This document shows, piece after piece, positions 36,767 to 47,040 of a stretch of DNA of 64,000 nt. A program made the position numbers and the translations under genes. The DNA comes from Mobula hypostoma (Eukaryota): positions 29,204,001-29,268,000 of the forward strand of contig NC_086108.1 of the NCBI RefSeq assembly GCF_963921235.1, given 5' to 3'. The stretch's first letter is position 1. Each line of letters opens with the position of its first letter. Under the pieces are notes generated by a model. That model was given only the letters and a program-made list of their open reading frames with translations, was not told the origin of the DNA and did no database searches.

Positions 36767-37410
36767 TTGCATTTAAATTGGCTATTACATTCTTGTCCAA
36801 AAGCTTTGATATGGTGAAGTCAAGGCAGTAACTATATCATGTTATGGTGGATGCTCTCAGGAAGATATGAATAAATGTTTCTAGTTCATTGCTGTTTACA
36901 GTAACTGAACTGCAATATTGTTTCCAGATTTATGAGTGTCAGGCCTGTGGGTCCATCTTTAACACTCTGTTCAAAGATTTCCAAGATGAAATGTGCATAA
37001 AATATTTCCACAATTATTCAGTGAAAGTGACGAAGGAAAAGATTGCTTGTAGTATACACATTGTTGTTAACTGGGAGAGATACCAACAAAGAAAACCACA
37101 TTTCACCTGGCATTTGATACAGAAGTGCCTGAAGGAAATCATAGTTTCATAACTTTTCAACCACAATGAAATGCAGGTTCAAGTATACAGCGTGAGAGTG
37201 GAAATGTGATTCTGCATACTTGGAACAACAAGAGCAAATGCAAAGAGCTTCACTAGCGTTCTATAAATCTTTCACATTTTGTTTGTGGAGGTCAGCAAAC
37301 CTGAAGTAATAATTCTGGAATGCCTGTGGCCAGCTGTATTTTAATTACAGGACCTGGAATCTGCACAGAAAACAAGCCTCTGTAGCTTCACAGAGGGTCA
37401 AACCATTTAC

Positions 37411-37448
37411 CTGGGAATGTTCTGAAGATCGAAATCCTTGTGATGTAT
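37411..37448 (-). CDS. Candidate 38-nt internal exon of an unidentified host gene
   Basis: Minus strand ttttattgtttatgcctttag|ATACATCACAAGGATTTCGATCTTCAGAACATTCCCAG|gtaaat; open in all three frames; lies in a TE-free island. Confidence 0.35.
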
Positions 37449-39619
37449 CTAAAGGCATAAACAATAAAACCTACCCTGCCAAGGATAGCCAAAATGATTC
37501 TTTAAAAAAACTAAGACTTAATATTGCTTATTTATATAAACACACTTTAATTAACCAGAAAAGGATCACTTGGGAAGTTAGGAGAAATTTTATGTACCAA
37601 ATTGTTAATTATCCGGAATATGCTGCCTGATAGGATAATAGAAGAATAAAAAGTTTTCAAACAGAATTTTCAAAATACCCACAAAGGTAAAAAAGAAAAT
37701 GCAGACTATTGAGGAAAAGCAGTGGCAAGGCGGGAGCATAGCAACTGATTGATTGTTTTTCAAAGAGCTTATAACAAAGAAATGAGTGCACGGAAAAATT
37801 CCATAATTCTAAAGGCATGGACACTCTGGGAGCTTTTCAGAGCAGAAAAGCCAAAGAAGCAAGTTTGTTTAAAGGCAATGCTTAAAATCCCATTGCAGCA
37901 TGATGATTGGTTTGCCCAACAACTTAGACAGTAAGAAGATCATTATCAGGTTTGAATACTGCATTTCCTGATTTCATTGAATGTCACTGGCTAACGGGTT
38001 AGAGAGAGGGAGTGGAAAGAAGGAAACCTGAAAACACCATAGAATGCAGATTCATAGGCATGGTACAGCACCATGCCAAGCTTCGGGCCAATCAAACAAT
38101 AATATTGACACCATCATATCAGATGCAAGAGAAAGGTGCAAAGTAGAATTGGGGCAAAGAATAACAAACATAAGAAGAGTCTGGATAGTAAAATCCTTGT
38201 TGATTCGTGATGATATTTTAAATCATGGAGTATGGACTCATCATGTGATGTGTCATGGTCACAAAAAATAAAAATTGAGGGAACAACCCTTGAATTGAAA
38301 AGGGACCATTAGGAATTTATTTTGTCATTGAAAAACTTAAACAATTCCTATTGGACCAATCTTTTAACCTAGACACAGACCAGAAGACTTTGTTGCCAGT
38401 TCCTGGTCCAAAGTTAGAGTTATTGACAACGTATGATTCTGTTGTCACAGTACACATGATAACTAGGTATTGTACAGGTGTATGGTGATGCAGTCTTTAC
38501 TTCTCAACAAGTATATGCTGTGGGGAGAGTGTTTAGCACAGCTTCCACTACACAATTTTCTGGGAACACAGCTGTGTGGTTATGTTGAATTGTACCATTA
38601 TTCAGTATCAAGCAAATCCATTTAAAGGAAGAAGGCAATGCAAAGATAGTTCATGTTATTAGTCAACAGAAAATAAAAAGACTCTTGATTTCAGTAAGAT
38701 AAGGTTGTGATTTATGCTCCATTTGGCCAATGATGAACACTCTATGGGAAATAGATGCATTAGCAGATAGTACTTACGTTTCATGATAATACTAGAGCAT
38801 CAGAGGTTTATAAAATGACAGCATCCTAATGCAAGAGTCGTGAGAAACTTCCAGGAGATTCTTCTTCTTTAAAGAAGTGTTTTGATTCAATTAGCAGGGG
38901 GAAAGCATAATATTATTTTTCCCTAGTATGTTATCCTTTAAAAATAACAAAACTTCAGAATCATTATTCTCTATGGAGGAAATGTCAGTGTAATGCTTTG
39001 AAGTACTGAGTAGCGAGTATTCTAATCTTCCACAAGGCAATGCTACCATATTCAGTATTCAGTGTAGGTGTTGCTGAAAACCTTATCAGGTAGCATCATT
39101 ACATTGAGCTATTGAAGCTTAGAACTTTACATGTTGAAGTTGTCAACTTAGTTTAATTTCTAATAAACACAGAATACAGGTAAAGCTTTGATAATCCAAC
39201 ACCTTGGGACTTCGGTAATGTCGGACGAGCAGATTTTCTGGACTATTGGACATTACTCCATAGACAAACACATTATTTTTACTTTTTTTACTTGTTACAC
39301 AGAAATATAACAAATATTCCACTGAGTCTGGTGAGTTTAAAGGGAGCAAGAAATAAAAAAGCTCACCGTTTTATGGTTCTGACTATAAACTTATCTATGC
39401 TCCTGATCCCTGGTGTCACCAACCCAGTTGTAGCTCTGACTGGATCATGATCTGGAAACCAGCCCAGCTTGAAGTCCGGCTCCAGTTCTACATGCTGGAC
39501 TAAAAATTAATCCAGGAGCCAGTCTACCCAGACCTAGATTTAACTGGATACCAGTTTTACAGTGCCATTGATTGAAAGAACAGGTTCAATTCCTGCAGCT
39601 GTCTGTAAGTAGTTTATTA

Positions 39620-40303
39620 GGAGGAGGAGGAGGAGAAGATGGTGGTGCTACGCAGCTTGCGCGGCCACTCTGGTGAATGATATCTGTAATCTGTCAAGTA
39701 GGGTGCCACGCACAATCCTGATTTGATGGAGACAGACGTGAGAGAACGGAGGAACATCTGGAAAACCTTCTGAAATGCCTTTTTCGTTGCCGCCCTTACT
39801 GTGTGATCCAGAATCTCCGGAGGGGAAGGCCCTGAACCCTCGGTTTTGCTTGTTGCTCGGCGGCCGGGACAGGGCCAAAGTGCTCGGCAGAGATGGTGCT
39901 CGGTGTTGAAGGGCTGGTCGGAGGCTCGAAGTTTTCGGACAGACTCAGATTCGGCTGTGGTCGGGTGCTTCCAATGCATCGACAGTTGTCGGTGCCTGAT
40001 GGTTTATGGCAGAGAGAGTTTTTCCCTTCTGCCGCCTGCTATTGGGGACTATCAGGAGTCGATCGGAACTTTGAGACTTTTTTTTACTGTTCCCTTGCTC
40101 TGCTCTTTAACAAATTATGGTGTTGCCTTGCACTGCTGTAACTATATGTTATAATTATGTGGTCTTGTCAGTGTTAGTTTTTGGCTTGTCTTGTTTTTTT
40201 TTCTGATATCACTCTGGAGGAACATTGTATCATTTCTTAATGCATGCATGCATTTCTAAATAACAATAAACGAGGACTGAGTGTCCTCATGATCTAATCT
40301 AAT
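39620..40303 (+). mobile_element. Non-autonomous (GGA)n-YY1-headed element, copy 3, inserted into a V-SINE
   Basis: Full-length homolog of 7555-8233 with (ATCTA)n tail; the V-SINE (B-box gttcaattcc at ~39584) resumes at ~40304 (tgttctcccc...gggtttcctcc). Confidence 0.9.
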
Positions 40304-40517
40304 ATGTTCTCCCCATGTCTATCTGGGTTTCCTCCAGGTACTCTGGTTTCTCTCCACATTTCAAAGACATTGGAGTTAAGGTTGGTAAGTTGTAGGCATA
40401 CTATGTTGGCACTAGAAGCATGGCAACTCTTGCAGGCTACCTCCAGCACACCCTATGCATTTCCCTCTATGTTGTGATGCTTTCATGTACAAGTAAAACT
40501 AATTTTTAAATTTAGTA

Positions 40518-42023
40518 CAGGTTTCCCCGCCATCCGAAGGTAGAGCGTTTCTATGAAACAGTTCGTAAGATGGAATGTTGAAAAGTGAAGAAGCAATTAC
40601 CATTTATTTATATGGGAAAATTTTGTGAGCATTTGCAGACTCAAAAATAACCTACCACATCATGCAAATAACACATAAAACCTAAAACCTAAAATAACAG
40701 TAACATATAGTAAAAGCAGGAATGATATGATAAATACACAGCCTATATAAAGTAGAAATACTTTTCCACAATCATTGCCTCCACTGTTCTCCGTAACGAA
40801 AATCTCACGCAAGTGCTCTCGGCAGAAACACGGCGCGAGCGCTCTCCAGGAACCTTTAAGCTATGAAGCTGTCAAATCATACCAAATAACACGTAAAAAT
40901 ACACAGCCGATATGAAGTAGAAATAATCTACATACAGTGTGGTATCACTTACGGGAATTGGGAAGACATCAAGCACAATGATGATGGTGTGTTAGGCTGA
41001 GTCGTCGGAGGTTGGGGTGGTGCAGTGGCCCCCACCCTCTGGGCAGCGACCCGATATCATCCGCGAAGCATGCAGCGGTACAGCGGTAGCCGGGAGGCAC
41101 ACAGCACATCTTTAAGGAAAAAGCCGAAATAAACATGCTAATTAATTAGGTGCCGCCCAGCACGTAATTAATTAGCATGTTTATTTCGGCTTTTTTCTTA
41201 AAGATGTGTTATGTGCCTCATGGCTACCCCTGCATTCTCCGCGAATCGGTATCTGTCCACGGACAGGGGGTTGGGGTGGTGGGACACTGGGGTGTCATCT
41301 CGTCGTCGTCTGTTTCCATTAGGGCAGGGAGGTCATCTTCTTCTATCTCTGCCTGCTTCAATGTCAAAGGTCGAGGTTCGTCGTCTGCTGTGGCTGATGT
41401 GGAAGGCTTGCTTGACTGTTTAGCCTTGCGCATTTTTAGATCATACAGCTCTTTGTAAGGACTCAAACCATCTGAAAAATATGCTGTAAACTGACGTACC
41501 CTTTCAAAATTAAAGTTGTACTTTATCATTACTCATTCAGTTTCGATTGTTATCCTTTCCTCTTCCAATTGCATCAGCTCTTCATCTATCAGTTCTTGGT
41601 CATGGGATGCCAAAACCTCTTCAACATCATCTTCATCAACTTCCACAAGCCAAACTCACTTTGTCCTTACTTTGTTCACCACGATCAAAACGCTTAATTA
41701 TATCCAGTTTTATGCTAAATGTAACAGCCTTACAAGCTCTTTTAAGCTTTTCCGATACCTTAGAACTCATCTTGCTAACGGCTGCTCACAGGCACGTGTT
41801 TAAGCAATGCCGGTGAGAATGCCGTTCCGAATCTGGGGGAGAGCGACTGATTGGGGCGTGCACTGCTTTTTTTTTGCGCACTGCCTTTTTATCGCGCGCT
41901 GCTTTTTTCGTGTGCTGCCTTTTTTCGTAACAGTGAAAACATCTTCTGTAGAGAAAACAGGGAACTAATGTAGGTAACAATGAGGTTTCGTAAAGCGAAC
42001 GTTCGAAAAGCAGGGGACACCTG
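40518..42023 (-). mobile_element. Tigger/pogo-family non-autonomous DNA transposon
   Basis: TA-caggtttccccgc...gcaggggacacctg-TA; minus-strand acidic transposase C-terminal remnant VEVDEDDVEEVLASHDQELIDEELMQLEEER at ~41555-41655. Confidence 0.85.
41085..41228. repeat. Long inverted repeat (64-bp arms) inside the Tigger derivative
   Basis: 41085-41148 is the near-exact reverse complement of 41165-41228. Confidence 0.95.
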
Positions 42024-42729
42024 TATGTGCAATCCCTGTGGATGGGAATTACAGAATTCACATATGATACCGCAAAAAATTGAGATATAAAATAAAATTG
42101 GCTTTCTTGGGATTTATTTTTAAAGAAGGGTAAATAAATCAACCAAATTTTGCTTTTAACTTGTGTTTCTGGATGCATATGCAGATGACCCAGCTTCTAA
42201 TGTGGACAATTGTAATATGGGTTATTTTCTCCAAAGATACCATCATCTCCCTCCCACCCCCATATCCCTGTGACATGAGGTCAGCTGCTGCACACAAGTA
42301 CCTTATAAACACTAACTGTATATGCCTTCTCCATTTCCTCTAGTAACTCATTTGATATTCACCACCCTCTGTGTGGAAAAACTTGTCCCTCAGATCTGCA
42401 TTAAATTTAGTATGTGCCCTCTAGTTTTAGACTACCATGCTAGGATAAAAAAATGATTCAGATTATCTATCCTATCGATGGTTCTCATAATTTTATGAAG
42501 CTCCATAATGTCACCCCTCAGCCTGCTTCGCTCCAATGAGGATTAACCCAGCCAGTCCAATCTCTCCTTTTAACTGTAGCCTTTTATTTCTGGCCATGTC
42601 CTGGAAAAGCTCTCCTGCTCCCTCTCTATTGCTACCACATCCTTCCTGTAGTCTGGTGACCAGAAATGTACACAGCACTGTAAGTGGGAATTAACAATTG
42701 TTTTGTACAACAGGGGAACTAATATCCTA

Positions 42730-43293
42730 TTCTGACATGTCTATCCACGGCCTCCTCTACTGTAAAGATGAAGCCACACTCAGGTTGGAGGAACAACACC
42801 TTATATTCCGTCTGGGTAGCCTCCAACCTAATGGCATGAACATCGACTTCTCTAACTTCCGCTAAGGCCCCACCTCCCCCTCGTACCCCATCTGTTACTC
42901 ATTTTTATGCACACATTCTTTCTCTCACTCTCCTTTTTCTCCCTCTGTCCCTCTGAATATACCTCTTGCCCATCCTCTGGGTCACCCCCCCCCCCGTCTT
43001 TCTCCCTAGGCCTCCTGTCCCATGATCCTCTCGTATCCCTTTTTGCCTATCACCTGTCCAGCTCTCGGCTCTATCCCTCCCCCTCCTGTCTTCTCCTATC
43101 ATTTTGCATCTCCCCCTCCCCCTCCAGCTTTCAAATCCCTTACTCACTCTTCCTTCAGTTAGTCCTGACGAAGGGTCTCGGCCTGAAACGTCGACTGCAC
43201 CTCTTCCTATAGATGCTGCTTGGCCTGCTGTGTTCACCAGCAACTTTGATGTATGTTGCTTGAATTTCCAGCATCTGCAGAATTCCTGTTGTT
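42730..43293 (+). mobile_element. Young 5'-truncated Penelope-like element (GIY-YIG C-terminus plus pLTR)
   Basis: DMSIHGLLYCKDEATLRLEEQHLIFRLGSLQPNGMNIDFSNFR* ending 42865; TSD tccta at 42725-42729 and 43294-43298. Confidence 0.9.
43160..43197 (+). ncRNA. Minimal type I hammerhead ribozyme motif (predicted cleavage after C43192)
   Basis: Stem I tagtc/gactg, core CTGACGA 43165-43171, stem II agggtctcggcct, GAAA 43185-43188, palindromic ACGT stem III, GUC triplet. Confidence 0.85.
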
Positions 43294-43638
43294 TCCTAGT
43301 GGGAAGGCTTGTTAGTGTTGCGTTGGAGGGGGAGTTTAAACCAGAGTTGCAACGGGATGGGAACAAGGGTGCCAGAACAGATAGCGGAGTGGTTGTGGAG
43401 ATAGATACATACAAAGCCTACCTACAAAGCCAGGAATCAAAATGAGTATAGTGGGATTACTGTTCCAGGCTGCATATACTTCAATGCAAGGAGTATTGTA
43501 GGAAAGTTCATGAGTTTAGGGCATGGATTAGCATGTTGAATTATGACATTGTGGCTATTAGTGAGACTTGGTTTCAAGAGGGGCAGGACTGGCAGCTCAG
43601 TGCTCAAGGTTCCATTGTTTTAGACATGATGGAGTGGG

Positions 43639-44057
43639 TGTCACAACCATGGATCTGGCAGCGCAGCAGATTCGGCAATGGCTCTCATGAATACCCACGT
43701 ATCGGCTAATTATTATTTAATTGTGCTAGTATTTAACTCCATCCATTCTATCGTAGAATTTGTCAAGACTTGGGACATAGCTAAGCTTCATTATCTGCAT
43801 TTCGCCTTGCCTGAAGAAATGGACTGTTGAGTCAACTGTCTCTGAAGACTAGCGGTATTTGTTTTGTATTTAGTTGTTCTTTTCATCCGCAGTTTAGGCT
43901 TCATTCACCATTTGAGAGTTTTAGCTAACGGTCCTCTTTGGCCTGGAGTTTGTTGTTTTCTTTTCCCTCTAACACTGTTCACATTAAAGTCTGAGAAATG
44001 TCGACCTGCTTCAGTATCTCTCACTCCACACTTGGGCTGTATCCAAACCCAGTGATA
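43639..44057 (+). mobile_element. Solo LTR (419 bp)
   Basis: tgtcac...gtgata termini, 5-bp TSD gtggg (43634-43638 and 44058-44062), ATTAAA at ~43983. Confidence 0.85.
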
Positions 44058-44355
44058 GTGGGAGGGATTGCATTACAAGTCAGGGAGAGTCTCATGACAA
44101 TGCTCAGTCAGGACATACTGGAAAGCTCGTAGGCCTGAGGAATAAGAAGGGTATGACCACATTAATGGGATCACAGGGTAGACCACCCAACAGTCAGTGT
44201 GATTTAGAGGTGCAAATTTATAGAGAGATCACAGCCTGCTGCAGGAAACATAAGGCTGTGAGAGCAGGTAATTTTAAGCTTCCATATATTGACTGGGACT
44301 CCCTTACTGTAAAAGGGCAGGATAGGAAAGAGTTTGCCAAATGTGTTCAGGAATT

Positions 44356-47040
44356 ACACATCCCACACTGATGACCCCTTCTCCTGTCTCCAACCCTCCT
44401 TCTCTTCTTGGACACCTCACACTGGATCTCAGCCTGCTCTGGATCTTTTCATCTTGAGTTACTGATGAGACATCAACCATCTCAACTTTAGCACTCCTCT
44501 CTCCTCCTCAAAGTTTACCCCCTCTGAATGCACTGCCCTCTACTCTCTCCACACCAATCCCAACCTTACCATCAAACCCACAGACAAAGGGGGTGCTGTT
44601 GTAGTGTAGCGCACTAACCTCTGTCTTGCTAAGGCTGGGTGGCAACTTTCAGACACTCCTCATACCAACCCCTTGAAGTGGACCCACTCCAGACCATCAG
44701 GAAACTGTTTCCGACACCATCAACTCTAGAGAACTCCCAACCACTGTCATCAAACTTATAGTTCCCTTACCCCACACTGCTCACTTCTACCTCCTCCCCA
44801 AGATCCACAAACCTGAGATGTCCGGGTAGGCCCATTATCTCCACCTGTTCCTGCCCCACTGAACTTGTGTCCTCGTATCACAGCTCCACCCTATCCCCCT
44901 TGGTTCAGTCCCTACCCTTGTACATCTGTGACACTTCTCAGGCTCTCAATCTCCTCAGTAACTTTTTATTCCCTCATTTTCACTGTGGATGCCCAGTCCC
45001 TATACACTTCTCACCCCATCAAGAAGGCCTTAAAACTCTCTCTCAATAAAAGAACCAAACAGTTCCCCTCCACCACCACCCCCTCCACCTGAGGGAGCTG
45101 GTCCTCATCCCAAACAAGAGAAAGTCTGCGGATGCTGGAAATCCAAGCAACGCACGCAAAATGCTGGAGGAACTCAGCAGGCCAGGCAGCAGCTATGGAA
45201 AAAAGCACAGTTGACGTTTCTGGCTGAAACCCTTCAGCAGGACTGGAGAAAAAAAGCTGAGAGTAGATTTAAATAGTGGGGGAAGGGGAGAAAGTAATAC
45301 CAGGTGATAGGTGAAACCTGCAGAATCCTTCATCCTTCCCCTCCAGGTTTCACTCTTTCCTCACCTGCCCCCCCCCCACCTTTTAAATCTACTCCTCAGC
45401 TTTTTTTTCTCCAGCCCTGCTGAAGGGCTTTGGCCCAAAACATCTTCTGTACTTTTCTCCTAGATGATGCCTGGCCTGCTGTGTCCTCATTCTCAACTTT
45501 TCCTTTAGCTTCTCCCACTTTCTCCAGACTCAAGAGGTAGCCATGGGCACCCGCAAGGGGCCCAGCTATGCTTGCCTCTTCATTGGCTGTGTAGAACAGT
45601 CCATGTTCCAAGCCTTCCCTGGTAATGCTATCCAAATCTTCCTCCACTACATTGACGACTGTAGTGCACCCATGCTGAGCTTGTCAACTTAATCAACTTT
45701 GCCTCTAACTTCCACCCTGTCCTTAAATTCACAGTGCACTTTTGACACATCGCTCTCCTTTATTGATCTCTCTGTCTCCATCTCTGGTGATAAACTGTTG
45801 ACTAACATCTTTTATAAACCTTCCGATTCCCACAGTTATCTTGACTATACCTCTTCCCACCGTCTCTTGTAAAAATGCTATTCCCTTTTCGCAGTTCCTT
45901 TGCCTTGGCTGTGCCTGTTACAATGATCGGGCTTTCAGGACGTCAGAGATGTCCTCCTTCTTCAGAGAACAGGGTTGCTCTTCCTCCGCCATTGATAGAG
46001 TGCTCACCTGCACCTCCTCCATTTCCCAAACATTGCACTCACCCCATCTTCCTGCTGCCTTAACAGTGATGGAGTTCCTTTTGATCTTACCCTCCACCCA
46101 CGAGCATCCAACACATCATCCTCTGCAACTTCCACATCTCCAAAGAGATCTGACCACCGGACATATCTTATTCTGCCCCCCCCCCCACCACCATTTTCTA
46201 CAGGGCCCACTCCCTCCCTGATTCCCTTGTCAATTCATCCCTCCCCACTCCCCTCCCTCCTAACACTTATCCCTGCAAACGCTCAAAGTGCTACACCAGC
46301 CACGTCACCTCCTCTCTGAACTCCATTCAGGACCCCAAACAATCATTCAGGGTGAGATAACAGGAATCATCTACTGTGTCCAGTGTTCTCGATGCAGCCT
46401 CCTGTACTTTGGTGAGCCCTGTTTTCAATTGGGGAACCGCTTCATCAAGCATCTCAGCTCCATCCCTAAAAGCATATCTTCCCAGTGACCAAACATTTTA
46501 ATTGTGATTCCCATTCCTGCTCTGACAAGTTGGTCCATGGCCTCCTTTTGTGTGCCAAGGTGAGGCCACCCTCAGGGTGGAGGAGCAACACCTTATATTC
46601 TGTTTGGGTAGCCTCCAACCAGATGGACGAATATCCATTTCTCCTTCTGGCAAAACTATTTTTCCTTCACCCTCCTCTTTTTTCTATTCCCCACTTTGTC
46701 CTTTTACCTCTTCTCACCTGTCTATCACTTCCCCCTGGGTGTCCGCCTCCTTCCCTTTCTCCTATGATCCACTCTTCTCACCTAGCAGATTACTTCCTCT
46801 CCAGCCCTTTATCTTTCCTATACACCTGGCTTCACCTATAATCTTCTAGCTATCCTCCTACCGCTCCCCCCATCTTGTTGTTTTGACATCTTCCCTCTTC
46901 CTTTCCAGTCCTGAAGAAGGGTCTTGGCCTGAAACGTCAACTACCTATTCATTTCCATAGATGCTGCCTGACCTGCTGAGTTCCCCTAGCATTGCGTGTA
47001 TATTGATCTGGATTTCCAGCATCTGCAGACTTTCTTGTGT
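44356..47040 (+). mobile_element. Degenerate Penelope-like element (RT, GIY-YIG, pLTR with hammerhead at 46906-46943)
   Basis: IKPTDKGGAVVV, FYLLPKIHKP, DAQSLYT, AMGT..GPSYA, HYIDD, GIIYCVQCSRCSLLYFGE, EEQHLIFCLGSLQP; flanks tgtgttcaggaatt / tgtgtttaggaatt. Confidence 0.9.
45111..45482. mobile_element. Inverted pLTR pair nested in the Penelope RT
   Basis: Minus pLTR then plus pLTR; flanked by gtcctcat (45101-45108 and 45483-45490); hammerhead variants with a CTGCTGA core on both strands. Confidence 0.8.

Noticed and set aside
36889..37152. YECQACGSIF after an acceptor-like ttgtttccag, resembling a C2H2 finger start
   Set aside because: No correctly spaced His pair and no convincing donor.
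38778..38791. Possible 14-nt minus-strand microexon with gtaagt donor
   Set aside because: Weak acceptor; too short to distinguish from chance.
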